DNA of 64,000 bases from Azolla caroliniana (GCA_043228905.1 JBHGNT010000014.1:11346001-11410000); one strand, 5' to 3'. Shown: positions 27,440 through 41,546, numbered from the stretch's first letter. Translations and numbers: made by a program. Notes: generated from the sequence alone by a model not told the origin.

Positions 27440-28170
27440 TCCTCTCAACAACCCTCACTTTGGTCTTCCCACCAAAGCGGACATAGTCCCCACCTCATTT
27501 TCAATAAACGTATCCAAACAACTCCAATAACCTAGTTATTTGTACCATAACTATACAAATTTACAGCACCTAGACGTTGTTGGAAACTATTGGGGGAAAC
27601 AGCCATCGGGGTGCTTGGTAGTGCCATTGAGGCCCTGATGATGATCTGCCGACCATAGGAGAATTACCCCATTTCAGCAAGAACTTTGATCGAGATCTTT
27701 CAGCTGCATCAGATTTCCCCTTAATCGAGTCGTATCGTCCCCGCAGCCAAGAGACCAACTCAAACCAGATATTTATTAATACCTCACCACTAGGGATCTT
27801 TTGTTGTTGAAAAACAAACTTACAATTGTTGGTCCAAATGTGCCAGACCGATAAACAAGCCACCATCCTCCATATCTCTTCAAAAAGTTCTGAGTTAGTG
27901 CCAGGTCGAACTCCAGCCCGTTGAAACACCTTTCCACCTTGCACTATAAATCCATGTCCGTGAGGGTTTAACTGTTTAGCCCAACCTTCCCCTGTTAACT
28001 TCAGCCCCTGTACGGACCCCCATACAACTCTCCCATTCACGCTGCATGCTGCCACTATTCGGAGACTTCTACCCCAAATGTTAATAGCCTCGTTACAATT
28101 CCAAAAACAATGAGGAATCGATTCCAAAGGGTGACCACAAATTTTGCATCCATACCATAACTTCAAATTA
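27440..28170 (-). mobile_element. 5'-truncated L1-like LINE 3' end (zf-RVT-like region)
   Basis: ORF 27570-28235: CKICGHPLESIPHCFWNC...WRMVACLSVWHIW, typical of the plant LINE ORF2 C-terminus. Confidence 0.75.
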
Positions 28171-28225
28171 TTCATCAAAACCAGAATTTCTATTGTGATA
28201 AGAGTCAAAACTACATGACTTGTCC

Positions 28226-28709
28226 TAATCCACAAGCTAGGAATGATCTATTATGGTTTTTTCGTTTCATTTATATTCTCTCTCGGAAACTTCATCTTGT
28301 TTGGATGCATCAAAGAGTTTTGATTAGAATTCCCATTTAAAGCACATTTCATTGCATAGTTTTTATAAGGACTACCATAAGAAATTGGGCACACAAAACA
28401 TGATGACCCACAACATAATGCTACAAGCCACATGCTCCTTTTAACATGATACCTTCATGTTTGCTATAATCGACAAGCTAGGAATGATCTATTATGGTTT
28501 TTTCGCTTCATTTATATTCTCTCTCGGATACTTCATCTTGTTTGGATGCATGAAAGAGTTTTGATTAGAATTGCCATTTAAAGCACATTTCATTGCTTAG
28601 TTTTTATAAGGACTACCATAAGAAATTGGGCACTCAAAACATGATGACCCACAACATAATGCTACAAGCCACATGTTCCTTTTAACATGATACCTTCATG
28701 TTTGCTATA
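28226..28709. repeat. Tandem duplication, period ~241 bp
   Basis: ACAAGCTAGGAATGATCTATTATGG...CCTTCATGTTTGCTATA occurs twice with few substitutions. Confidence 0.9.
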
Positions 28710-30682
28710 TCTTTCATGATGTACACAGGCATATGTATACCCTATTTTTTTTAGTGTTTGTACCTCATAGGTAAATATTTTTTGATGGGTTTCATGTGAC
28801 TATGAGGTTTTCTTACCATTAATATGATGCACAACAAAAACAATGTGTGGGTGGATATGTTTCCTCTTCCCATCTCAACCACATGGAACTAGTGAGCACG
28901 TTTCTTGTTTACTTTAGCTCAAAGATCCTTGCCTAATGTATGCTCTTTACATGAATCAATCCTATGAAATTGGATCCTTAGTCATACTTTTGTTTTCTTA
29001 AAAAACAGAAAACATGATTTTTTATTATTGAATCCTTTGTTCTCCCTTGACACATGGACATGAATGGTTCTAACATCCATCCTAATGTGGTGCTCATATT
29101 TGAGCTATCTATAATTTAATCACAAAGAACAATTGTTTGGTTATTTAATATAAGAGGGGTTTATTTGCAACAAATTATGGTAATGACTTGTTTTTTGCCT
29201 GGAAAAGCCATAAATTTCTGATATTAAATTTGTATCTTTGTCTCTTTACAAGAAATGCTTTATTCAATGAACATTTTTTGTGTGTTGTTGAATTAGACTC
29301 ATTGGTATTCTTGAATCTTGAAATGCCAATAAGATTTCTCTTCACCATATTTTACATGCATTTTTTATAGAAATCCCAATCCTAGAATCAATGTCAATAT
29401 GAAAAACCTTGAAACGATTATGAACCACATCCCAACAGAGAAGAAAATGTTTGCTTAGTTGATAAGTTACGTGAGGTTGTGCTCCAACATATGTTTTATT
29501 ATCCTACCTCATTTGAACATCATCATAAAGAAAAACCAAGTTGTCATTCTCAATTCCTTACTAATGGTCTTTTGAGAGAGTCATGATCTAACCATTTATA
29601 TGAAACTTATCATCGATGACCAGTTCTTCAAATACAAATAACCTTAACATGTGGTCTAAATTGTGCCACTCCTTCCACATAAAATAAAAAAAGTAGACTC
29701 TCTTAATAATTGCAATACCATTTTTGACCTTTTTAAGCACCCAGACTTCCATCTTATCATGATAGCCAAACTTTAAAGGATGGATATATACACAATGACT
29801 ACAATTGGAGGTTTCAATGTTTACGTCATAAATGAATATTTGTCTCAATTGAATACAACCTTTATACAACAAGAACTTTCATTGTTTGCTTGCCTTTACT
29901 TACCTTAATAGGAAATGCTATCCTATAAATCATAAGAAATTACTATTTTCACACCATCAAACATTTTTTAACATCACCCTAGGATTTTAAAGAGAACAAG
30001 CACTATGCACACAATCAAATTTGTAGAAAGCTTGGCTACGTGGGAGAAGTCTCCATTGTTATCTTGACATGTTGAATTTGTAGGGTTGTTGGTTTTACCA
30101 ACCCTTACACCTCCTTCCTCTCTTTGTCACATAGAATTCAAACCACATGCTCCTAGATTAGGAAATAGGGAAGAAAACCACTAACGAATTATAGATATGA
30201 AAGAGACCAACACTTTATAACAAAAAGAGCTATTGGAACCTTGGTGAGAGTGGATAAAATCTTGTTGAATATACCCTAACGTCATTTTCATACTATACTT
30301 TTGGATTTTTTGCCCCAAAAGTGGCAAAGCAAAGGTTGGAGGAGGCCCACGCGGACAACTAGAAGTGAATGTTACATATAGAGAACAAGCGAGGGAAGCT
30401 TGATGGCCAAAGTTCATCCACATAATTCTCTCGAAAAGGCACAACATATGTTGCTGGACCCGGAGAAGCTAAAGAATGCGTTGAATGTGCACAATTTCAA
30501 TGAAAACACCAACCATTTTAAAGATAGGGTAAGGTTGATGTGATGGGAAAACACCAAACTTTCGTCTCTTTACACAATTAATGTTGGTGATGTGATAGGA
30601 AACATGCCTACTCATTTTGAAGCTTGGAAAAAGGTTTCGCGAGGATTGGTCTAAGAAGCGCTACTCTTTGGGTTTCAATAGA

Positions 30683-30713
<31 letters not shown>

Positions 30714-30753
30714 GCCGTATATGTCCTTTTAAGTTATATATCTATAATATCAA

Positions 30754-32510
30754 ATGGAGCCTAACATTATTGGTAGTCATGTTCACACTAGTGTTGTTAT
30801 TGTGGGGGCTGGACCTTCGGGCTTGGCCACTGCTGCTTGCCTTAAGCACAATGGTATTCCTTTCATACTCATTGAGAGATCTGGGTGCATTGCCTCCTTG
30901 TGGAAAGAAAGAACCTATGATTCTCTACACCTCCACCTTAGTAGAGAGTATTGTAGCCTCCCTTTAATGCCAATCCCAGACCCCCAACCTGAGACCCAAG
31001 ATGCCGGCCACCCGACCACTCATAACGACAATCCTAACAATAACTCTAACCAGTTCCTAAGCCGTGCACAATTCATCGGGTATCTCGAGAGTTATGCGGC
31101 CAAATTCGAGCTCCGGCCGAGGTTCAATGAGACAGTGCGGTCGGCAAGCTTCGATGAGGCATCCCATAAGTGGGTCATCCATGCCGCGGTCATCGGCCCT
31201 TTCGCGGAAGGTCCGCGATGTCTCCGCAATGTCACTTATGTTGGTCGGTGGCTCGTTGTTGCCACTGGCGAGAACTCCGAGCCTGTTCTCCCTGGCGATG
31301 CCGATCTCCCCGGGCTCAAGGATTTCCATGGCTCATACATCCATTCTAGCCGATACATGAATGCATTTCCCTATAAGGGCAAGAGAGTGCTCGTCATTGG
31401 CTCGGGAAACTCGGGAATGGAGATTGCTGGTGAGCTCTCGCATCAAGCCGCACAAACTTCGGTCGTGGTACGAAGTCCGGTAAGGTCATAAGTTTAGACA
31501 AAGGTCTACATTAGTAACATATATAGAGTTTGAACAAAATTTAACCAAATCATATGAAGTTTCAAGACACTTTCCCCATGACATGGAAAAGACACCACTT
31601 TCCCTTGTGTTTTCACAATAATGGTGGTTAATCCATGGTACTTGTACATTCCCCAATGTCCCATACTTAACTTACTAGTCTTTTTATTAACTTGTCACAG
31701 ATGCATATCCTTCCCCGGGAGGTGTTCGGCAAGTCAACTTTCTCTGTGGGTATCCAACTGTTGAAGTCTTTCCCTGTTTGGGTTGTGGACCGCTTCCTTG
31801 TCTCGTATAGCCGAATTGTATTGGGAGACACCTCAGCTTATGGTATACAAAGACCTAAGATTGGGCCATTAGAGCTAAAGTGTAAGATGGGAAAGACACC
31901 GGTCCTCGATGTCGGAACTCTTGCCAAAATTAAATCGGGAGATATCAAGGTAGTTACTTGAAATTACTTTAGTAGATGAAATAGATGCATATGGTTCTTT
32001 TAGAAGTACTAATGAAATCGGCTATATTATGACATCGTAGATCATTATGACTTTGTTTTATCCTAATGATCTCAAATAACTTGACTTTACTAGGTGAAGC
32101 CGGCTGTGGAATGCCTCACTAGAACTGGAGTGAAATATGTCGATGGGGTTAATGAGGATTTCGATGCAATCATCTTTGCTACCGGCTACAAAAGCAATGT
32201 GCTTAGATGGCTCAAGGTGTGTGTATTGTAGTAGCTAGCACATGCACACACGTTTTTGTTGGTATACATAGTGGATTAAATGGTACCATTTGGTTCAATA
32301 TTATGATAGGATAAAGAGCAATTCTTTGGGGCAAATGGCATGCCAAGGAGTTCATGCCCAACACATTGGAAGGGAGAGAAAGGGCTTTATGTAGCCGGGT
32401 TGGGTGGGAAAGGTGTGTTTGGTGCAACAACAGATGCAAAGCTCATTGTGGAAGACCTGTGCCATGCTTTCAACAAAGTTGCAAATCTATCGAATTGTAC
32501 CGAACCTTAA
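30754..32510 (+). CDS. YUC: YUCCA-type flavin monooxygenase (indole-3-pyruvate monooxygenase), 4 exons: 30754-31479, 31701-31949, 32094-32216, 32310-32510, ~432 aa
   Basis: FAD motif GAGPSGLA; [17 protein letters not shown]; [11 protein letters not shown]; FMO motif [11 protein letters not shown]; NADPH motif GSGNSGME; GKTPVLDVG; ATGYKSNV. All introns are phase 0 GT-AG. Confidence 0.95.
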
Positions 32511-34452
32511 GAACATGTCTCAAAATGTCCCTCTTCAATATTAGGATAACATAAGCCCTCTTGCTAAATCATGTCCTTTAACATTCCCTCTTTTGGGTCT
32601 ATATTCTATCGATAACCCATCTTTTTTTATTTAACCCCTACCTACACTTGGGCTCAAATCTCACATGTACTACTATTTACTAGATTGTCATGCAAAACAA
32701 TAGGTAGGTGATAACATTCTCCTTTCCGTTACACTAGTTGAGTGACATATCTCCTCTCCTTGTTCGGGAGTCCTTGACTACGATTTATAGAATCCCAATG
32801 TACTTAAAATATATACATAACACACCTAAAGATTAGAAACTATGATTAAAGATTCATTTGAGGATCAAAATTGGTTTCACTATTGTGAGGTTCAAAGGGG
32901 TCTTCTTTGGCTTTGATGATCTTTGCCTATTTGCCGCCTACTCTTTATTGAATATTCAATGTTAAAAGGCATTGTCATAGATGCAAAGATATTTAGACAC
33001 GCCCACACAAAGTCCCCTTGGTGCCTCCTTGGATCGATTTTTTGTGTATGTGTGTCAACCTTCACCTATACATCATCATATTTATATACTTTAAAGTTAA
33101 GAATTTTAATAACCTAAAGCAATACTTTGTTAGTTAGCGGGCATGCCTAAAGTTTTTTATAATAAGCTATAAAGAGAATCTGTCAACACCATATGTTTTG
33201 TTATGTAATGTCATATTTATTTCAAATAGTTTCTAGCAAAACTTGACATAAATAAATTGGATACAATGCTTTGGCAAGGCTGGAGGTATAAGATAAGATC
33301 TTCTCCCAAGCTAGCTAGTATTCAAGAAGCAACCTTTTTTTCATTACTTGTCATTGACCATATCTTCTATTTGCAAAACAAACTCCTACCAAAACATTTG
33401 TTTGGTGTAGGAAATGGTCGATAATAATCCAGATTGAGCTACCTACCTTACGATGAAACCATTGTAACCCATCTTAGGAAAGAAAAATTCCTAATAAATT
33501 GAGTAAATGAGATCGAGTCTAAACTCTCGTGTCCAACTAACAAAAACATTGTTGGACAACTTAGCTAGATACACTTGTCAACATGCCAAGATGATGGGCA
33601 CATTTTCAGTTATATATTATTGAACGAATTTAAGAGGATGAGATCACCAACCTGAGAGCACTATTGTGGACTAATCAAACTTGCACATGTGGGATGAGAG
33701 AACTTAATTTGGCATAAGAGAAACATCAATAACAATGATGATGGTGTCCATATACATATAAAGGCCTAAACGACAAAATGGTTGTCCAAAGCAAAAACTT
33801 CTTGTTGTACAATGTGGTAAACATTGTTCAAACCACCAAGAGTGTATGCTTTGCATCATGGTGTGAGATTGAGAGATACCATATGATTGGAATCTAAAGA
33901 TGACACATGTGGTTATGATGGAATGAGGAATGGCAACGGGAACACCAATGGACTGAAGAGCCAAGATGGATCCAATCGGTAATGCATCGCAAAAGTTACA
34001 AACAGCAAGCATCATTAACGATTTTGCTTCGGATACTAAAACTAGTGAAACTTGGCTTGTTACCAACAAGCACCAAGTTAGTAGGAGCACACTTTTGGTG
34101 TTTGGGCGGTCGATAACGATGACTAGAAATGAACCAAATCGGTGAACCAATGACCACAATACTTTTGTTTTAGACCGCGGGTGGGCGGACACACAAACAC
34201 AAACAAACAACCACCATGAATCAAGCTTGATTTACACCCATGGCAACCCGCATTTCGGGTGCTCGAAGGACAATGATTTCCTATATATTTGGCATGTTGA
34301 AAACAATTTTGTGGTTGGGTGATGGCCAACATTTAGGTTAGGGGGGGTGGTTGTGAAGTAGTAGGATTTGAGCCGGAGATCTCTCTCTCTCTCTCTCTCT
34401 CAAAGTAGAGGAGACACAAAAGTGACAAAACAATGTGTGATGGAGAGAGTTG

Positions 34453-35346
34453 CTAATAGAATGATAACCACATCTTATTCATCATGTTGGTGTGGATAAC
34501 AACAAGAAGCAGGAAAGTGGTGGGAAGATAAGGAATGACAAGGCCAGCACAAGGTGAGGGTGTGGGCTCATTATCAAGAAGAGGGGGGGGTGGGTAAGAA
34601 GAAGAAGAAGAAGAAGAAGAAGAGAGATTGGTTGGGATGCCAAATGGGGAGGCAGGTGAAGAAGAGACTGTTGGAATCTGTGGATTCTTAGTAGAGTACT
34701 CCCTAGGAGAGGGGCTTATATCCGCGGAAGAAGGAACGGGGGCCGGAGCCGGAGCTGGAGCTACGGGATGCCCAAAGATCTCCTCTGGCAAGAGCACTTG
34801 GTCCACGGCAAAAACCCCGCACGGCACCGAGTTGTATAGGGTGCTAATGATGGCAGAGCGGGAGAGGCCCGTCGAAATGTACACGGTCCCATCTACATTG
34901 GTGACATTGACCGTGAATTTCCCAGCACCCATCTCATCAGTGGCCAAGGTGGGCGTGACGGGGTCGGCCGCTTGTTGCAATGCGGACAAGGCGTAGAAGG
35001 CCGAGAGCGCGTGGAACTCGAGCAAAGTAACCTTGAGCCGTGCGGGGAGCTTGCTAATGATCCCGGACCCATCGGCATCGGAGACGGTGGAGAAGGCGCG
35101 ATCTGTAGGGGCGAAGATCGTGATCCCGGTGGTCGTCTTGTTGGCTTGCGATTGGAAGAGGCGGTCGACGCCTGTGGCAGTGAGCAGGCTCACGAACGTA
35201 TCGAAGTCGCCCGCGCTCTCGATGATTTGTGTAATGTTCACATTGTTGGTGGTGGTGGTCATAATAGGAGGAGGAGGAGGGGCCGGGGCCGGGCCGGCCA
35301 TGACCAAGCCAAGCATGAACCATAGAGGAAGGAGAGGGATCATCAT
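34453..35346 (-). CDS. FLA: Fasciclin-like arabinogalactan protein (single FAS1 domain, probably GPI-anchored), intronless
   Basis: Hydrophobic signal peptide; PAPAP and AP/SP glycomodules; FAS1 H1 GITIFAPTDRAF; LLEFH; H2 VFAVDQVLLPEEIF; hydrophobic C-terminal tail. Confidence 0.92.
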   Translation of the reverse strand: MMIPLLPLWFMLGLVMAGPAPAPPPPPIMTTTTNNVNITQIIESAGDFDTFVSLLTATGVDRLFQSQANKTTTGITIFAPTDRAFSTVSDADGSGIISKLPARLKVTLLEFHALSAFYALSALQQAADPVTPTLATDEMGAGKFTVNVTNVDGTVYISTGLSRSAIISTLYNSVPCGVFAVDQVLLPEEIFGHPVAPAPAPAPVPSSADISPSPREYSTKNPQIPTVSSSPASPFGIPTNLSSSSSSSSSYPPPPLLDNEPTPSPCAGLVIPYLPTTFLLLVVIHTNMMNKMWLSFY

Positions 35347-35741
35347 CCCTTCTCTCTAAGCTAATCTGGAGGAGGGTGAATGAGATAGATAGATAGATGT
35401 GGAGATGAATTGGTTGGATCCATATTGTCCAAACCTTCTCCCCCCATGTGGGAATGACATCATATGTCCGTGACAGTGTCCACACTAGGAGGAGGCACTT
35501 TATTTGTGTGTTGCCAAGGCTCCATCCATCCAGCCCATCTCAAAGCTGCAGTACTATCTATCACTACAGTCTACTACTACTACTACTACTACTACTTACT
35601 TGCTCAGTTTCAACCTTTTTGTGTATGTGTGTGTGTTGTGCATTGTTCAATCTTAGCTGTAAAAAGCTGTAAGGGATCAAATAAATCTTCTCACCTACCC
35701 CACCCCCTCAACTTTCAAGGGAAGGAAAGGCTTATGGTAAG

Positions 35742-35772
<31 letters not shown>

Positions 35773-36216
35773 TTGTCATTTGGATGGCCTCAACCATGGT
35801 AACTGGCTCATCCCTTCACTTTCGATGACAACCACATTGTTTTATCAACATTGGTCGCCACTCCCTTCAACCATATCTAAAGATTTAATTGGGCTCCAAA
35901 CATTTATAGGACGTGTTGTTCCACAAGGATTAGGCTCCATGAACCCACCACCCCACACTAACTAGGCCCGTCATGATGCTAATGACTCTCTCGGATCCAT
36001 TTCCGAAAGCACAAAAATACAGACACTCGACAAACACATACATTCGGATACCACGGAAAACCCACGAGGGTTTGTCTCATCATGGTAAACAAAAACCAAA
36101 AACTTGGTTGGCCAAGCACTGGTGGTCTAGAAGAAGATTTAGCTTCCTGCATTAAGTCATCTATACCTTTCTTGGATTCCTGCAAGCTGTAACTCTCATG
36201 CTCAAAAATGTTTTTC

Positions 36217-36469
36217 TTAAGATCTAAACCCTAAAACCCTTTTCCATTCTCCCAAATGTGGGGCATCATCATCATCCAACCCTTGAACCCATGGCAAATA
36301 TGGTGCTTTTGAATGTTCAATATGATGAGTGCATCGACTAGTTTAAGATCTAAACCCTAAAACCCTTTTCCATTCTCCCAAATGTGGGGCATCATCATCA
36401 TCCAACCCTTGAACCCATGGCAAATATGGTGCTTTTGAAAGTTCAATATGATGAGTGCATCGACTAGTT
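36217..36469. repeat. Tandem duplication, period 126 bp
   Basis: TTAAGATCTAAACCCTAAAACCC...GCATCGACTAGTT occurs twice, nearly identical. Confidence 0.9.
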
Positions 36470-37261
36470 GTGTGCAGGTGGTGTTTCTCTGCAACAAATA
36501 CACCCACCAAGGGGTCGATTTAACCACAACAATCTTCAATTCCCCATTTGAATTCAAGTTTGTGAAAAGCCACATTACTTTTGCACATCATACATCAAGC
36601 AAATGGGAAAGAACTTCCAAAAACATACCAAAAAATATCTGACCTCATAGAGAGTGAAATCTCTTCAGATTTTGTCCAAGGAAATCTTGTCTAGCCATGC
36701 CAAAGACTTATTCAAGCAATGCTTAGTTTATATGAGAGGCCATCCGTACAAGAGTTAATAAATTTCTCATGTAAGGATTTGTGGATGGATGCAGTTGCAT
36801 GAGAGCCATCGATTCAACAAATCCATACATGTATATAAATTCCTCTAAAACTGTGAAATTCCTTCAGGTTTAGTTGTCTATCCATGCCAAAGAATTCTTC
36901 AAACAATGCTTAGTTTCCATGTATTATGAATAAGGTTTAATTTACTTTTGTTCATGTATATAAAAGCCATCCATCCAACATGCCCAGCCAATACAAACAT
37001 CTTTATTTTGTGCCAATCTCGCAAAAGATAAATATGGTCTTACCATATTATAATCTATCCATATTACACCCACAAATACAAAGCAAGAGAGATGGCCTTT
37101 GCATCACATTGTGCGCCTTAACACCATAACATCTTTGTTTATAAAATATTAAATAGAATCCATAGGTAGCAACACGGAGAATAACAATGGACCTAAAAAA
37201 AGGAATGATGATGAAATCATCGATAGGATGATAACACAAATGATATACATGATTTTAATTC

Positions 37262-39033
37262 CTAATCCTCGGAACTTTCGGCATCAGACAACGTTTCACC
37301 TCGTAATGGAGATGAGGATTCATCCATATTGTCTTCATCCTCATTCTTCTTGATATCTCTATTGGCATTGAGACCTATGGATTTCTCCTTAGTTTCTTCA
37401 TCGAGAGTGAACTTCATCGGTGATGAAAGTTGATCTGGTATCTGTCATTTTTAAAACAATATACATCAAATCATGTATTAGATTCAATAGTGCTATACTC
37501 TAGTGAAAAGTTTTTGCATTGTCTTGTGAAATGATAGCTATTCTTTCCCCTGGCTCCATTATTTATCATGTCAAGTTTCATTCCTGGTAGACCAATTTGT
37601 ACAACATGATGTAGCAAATCGTGCAATATTAAAGGGCGATTGTTACACTGCAACCTTGGAGCTAATAGAAGCCCAATTTTTAGAAAACATTATAACAAAT
37701 GTGGCCAAATGTGATGAAACAGACTACTAACATGGTAAAGAATGAGTGAATAGAATGGTCCCTTCTTAGTATTACTAGAAAATTCAGATTCTCACCAATT
37801 CTGAGAGCTTTGTCGTGACGTCAAGTTGCTTCTTTAGGGACAATCGAAGATCTTGGAAGTCCTGCTCAATCCATGGAGAGAAAATATAATTCAGAATACC
37901 CAAGTCATGGTAAAAAAACTCATACCGAATGACACAATAAATTTTAAGCTTAAATGATCAGTGCTCATAAATGGCACCATTAATAAGAATTAAACAATAA
38001 AGCAAAACAAAAATTGCTCACTGCTTTGAGTTGTTCTAAAGACACTAAATTTTAAGCTTAAATGATCAGTGTTCATAAATGACAACCCTAATAAGGATTA
38101 AACAATAAGACTAAACAAAAATTACTCACTGCTTTGAGTTGTTCTACTTCAACATCCAAGGTGTTCCTCAACTCCCCAAGCTCCTGATAAAAAAGAATTC
38201 AAAAATTAGGTTTTAATTAAGAACATTTTGATTACCTATAGACCTTCATTACACTATAAATGAGAGGTTAGATTTTATCTCAGCACCTAGGGTTTACAAA
38301 GAAAGGGCAAAATACTTACCAAGCCATATTAGTAGATCTTAAATATAACTAGTTTTTAATATTTGAGTGTGTGTTGTAAGCAGACATTGACCAAGTAACT
38401 AACACTTTCTTTTTTCTTTCCTACCTGCTTATATGTTTGCACTTGATTATCAAGTCTTCCACGCCAATCCTTCAAATCCTGAAATAAAGACAAGGATTTA
38501 TACTCGAATTCAGTGGGTAAATTTAAATCACATACTCGGATCTGTAAGAGTACACACAGATACAAAACAAAAAAAGATTATATTTAAAGAAAGTAATTCA
38601 ACCTTTCTTAAACTCTGTACTCTTGCAAGTAGCTCTGCTTTTGATTCGTTTAAATCCTGCAAAAGAGATTAGAAGAAATAAGAACGCAGGGCAGAACCCA
38701 GAGGGTTGTTAAATTAAAGCGAAACGAAGGAAACAAAAAAAAAAATCGGAGGAAAAAAGGGAGAATCTCTCTACCTTGAAAGCAGTGGACTGAGAGCGCA
38801 CTAAGGCATTTTCCTCTCCCTACAAAGAGTAAAAAGAGGGTTAGAAGCCAAAAGTTAGATCTAAGCATTTGATTCACAATCATAGAAAGATTCATCACAG
38901 ATGCCAACAGGTTAGAGATCGGATAAGAATTCAATATTAGAATGATGTATGAATGACAATTAATACTCTCATAATATATTACTTGAGGAGTGGTAGGGGA
39001 GGAGAGAACGGAGCTCGGATCTGCCATAGCCAT
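37262..39033 (-). CDS. Small plant coiled-coil protein of unknown function, ~7 short phase-0 exons (not recovered intact by the ORF track)
   Basis: Manual splicing gives MAMADPSSVLSSPTTPQ|GEENALVRSQSTAFK|DLNESKAELLARVQSLRK|DLKDWRGRLDNQVQTYKQ|ELGELRNTLDVEVEQLKA|DFQDLRLSLKKQLDVTTKLSEL|IPDQ...SED-stop. All junctions are GT-AG. The last exon choice is less certain. Confidence 0.85.
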
Positions 39034-39333
39034 CGGTTATAGGTATTATCGTCGCTAGATGGGGGAAGAAGGGATCTCTGTGTGTAGAAAACGAGGAGAT
39101 GAAGAGAAGAGCCTGTGACTGTGTGTGTCTGTGTTTGGTGGAGCGCCTTCTTCTTCTTCTTCTTCTTCTTCTTCTTCTTCTTCTTCTTCTTTCCCTCTCT
39201 TTTTTCTGGTCTGCAAAATTTGAACACCACTTATAACGGCTAACTTAACTAAGTGAGTCAATCATTCCATTCCTCTTATAAAATACTAAATAAGCTTTAC
39301 CTCTCTGCTCTCTGCTTTCTCTGCCATTCACTC

Positions 39334-39409
<76 letters not shown>

Positions 39410-39414
39410 AGAGA

Positions 39415-40440
39415 TAGATTCTATTATCATCTTCGGAGGTCAAATATAACCTATGAGACCAAAAATATTATGTCTCACGTGATATGTGTGGAAGTGAGCA
39501 GTGACTCTCGATGTTCTAGAACTTTACCAATGCATGTTGCAATCGAGTGGGCACATTGTGGTTGTGAGAGAAATTCGTGCAAGGATTGGGCCCGATCGAA
39601 GATATGTGGAAAGCATGGTCGAATATGATCAAAGGCAGCGCATTGTATTAAAGTGTGATACTCAAGACTCTCGAACTTGTTTAGGGCAAAGTGTGCATAG
39701 CCAACCACTCTCATCACTTGTGCCCCAACGCCCCATCTCACATCGCAATGCATGTGAGCTAAATCGCATGGAAGCAATGGTTTGAATGGTAGATAACGAT
39801 ATGGGTTCTAATGTGTATCGATGTGTACGGTTTCCCTGTTCCGCAAAGAATATGGTTTTGTAGTTAGGTGTAGCATGTGTAATATAATGTGTGAAGTGTG
39901 AGCATCCACATTTGTCCCATGTCATGATACATTGGCATTGCAAAAAGGCCTCATTTACAGAGGAATCTAGTGATGCATCATGACGCAAGTGTCTTGCATC
40001 CCATCTACCAAACCATTTTTCCATATCTTGCATCCAACCGGAACACAAAAATTTGCTTTTCTGCGTCTTTTGGTTCTTTTAGCTTAGTTCCCATGCAATT
40101 ATAGGAAGTCGATGTGAGGGACTTTTTTGAACCTTAAGCATGTATTCAACAACCCTTTCCATGGCCATGACCTCAATGGGAAGTGATCCCGTCTCAAGGA
40201 GGAGGGGGGTATAGGGCGTTTGTTTCTTAACTTGTAGAAACTTTGTAAGAAAATGTTTTTGGACATTTTCAAACTCTTTCTACGTAGATTTAGGGATGCT
40301 ACTGCCCCATACTTCCACCCCATAGAGAAGCACTGGTGTCACCAAAGAGTCGAAAAGATATTTCTTGAGGACCCAACACTTAATATCTCCAAGATTGCAT
40401 CTATTCTCAAATACATAGTATGCTCGCCTACCCGCCTCTA
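39415..40440 (-). mobile_element. LINE 3' fragment adjacent to a (TG)n(GA)n microsatellite
   Basis: SSHALRCEMGRW...LCTLC...EYHTLIQC C-terminal zinc-knuckle-like motif; 3' UTR resembles that of the 40515 element. Confidence 0.7.
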
Positions 40441-40514
40441 AGTGACGTGTAGCACAATCATTCCATCTATGATTTGAAGGAACTTCAAGGTCAAGAGAGA
40501 GAGAGAGAGAGAGA

Positions 40515-41282
40515 ATTAGAATTAGAATTAGAATTAGAATTTTTATCGTCTATAAAGAGGCCAAATTTGACCTATGGGACCAAAGTATACATGTCAGCAT
40601 ATCTTGAACGAATTGCACTATATGTCGAGCATGTGAAGAGCAAGTGACATTCATCCTCTACCATGCCTTCATTGCATACTTTACATGTCTTCAAATTCAT
40701 TACATTTTGATACAATGATGCAACTTCAATACCTAATTTGTGAGATCGAGTGCAAAGTAGTGAAAGGCTCTACAAGCATTACTACTCATATTGGTAATGA
40801 GATAAGGTTGGATACGATCAATAGATATTCTTGCTTTATATTGAGACCAACATTCAGGGTTGACATTTGCAATGTAGTATTCTAGCTTTGTCCTCTTAGC
40901 ATCCTCCCACTTCATCCTTAATGATTCCACCAACCTTTCCTCAATCATTACATACTGCATAACATTGCCCGAAAGCTCTAAAAGATCCTCCACACCCCAT
41001 CTTCTAAACCATTTCCTTATGTCAACAACCCAACCAGATGAGAGAATCTTACTTTTATGATTCTTTTGTAGTTTACATCCAACATTCCAAGCATGATGTG
41101 GTAATCGATGATTCGGCATATTCTTGACTTTTGTAATGTATTTATATACTCTTTGGAGTGCCAATAGTTCTATGGGTCGAACACCCGTTTCCAAGACCAT
41201 AACCTGGTAAGAAGTAATGCATTTAACTCCTAATTGCCTCCTTAAAATCATCTTTTGAATTTTCTCAATATCGTTCCATGCA

Positions 41283-41286
<4 letters not shown>
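40515..41286 (-). mobile_element. 5'-truncated LINE with a (TTCTAA)4-type tail, flanked on both sides by (GA)n
   Basis: ORF 40733-41470 contains WNDIEKIQK.ILRRQLGVK...LETG.RPIE and CKVC..EDECH; (ATTAGA)n tail at 40515-40540; GA tracts at ~40494-40514 and 41287-41327. Confidence 0.8.
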
Positions 41287-41330
<44 letters not shown>

Positions 41331-41469
41331 AGAAGGGTTATGTCTGTGTGTGAGAGAGAGAGAGAGAAAAGAAAGTTTCGAAGGCTTGTGTGTGTGAGGT
41401 TGTGTTTAGAAGGGTTGTGAGTGAGTGAGTGAGTGAGTGAGTGAGTGAGTGTGTGTGTGTGCGTGTGCA

Positions 41470-41542
<73 letters not shown>

Positions 41543-41546
<4 letters not shown>

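Noticed and set aside
25450-30480. Coding-like patches at ~25.5-26.0 kb and ~29.4-30.5 kb (also 33.4-34.3 kb and 36.5-37.0 kb)
   Set aside because: Probably very old transposon debris, but no diagnostic motif or termini could be identified by eye.
34628-35485. Antisense and alternate-frame ORFs over the FLA, YUC and Copia coding regions
   Set aside because: Shadow ORFs of GC-rich coding sequence with no independent motifs.
38979-39430. Poly-K/poly-E and SLSL/HTHT ORFs
   Set aside because: Translations of (CTT)n, (GA)n and (TG)n microsatellites in a 5' UTR/promoter.
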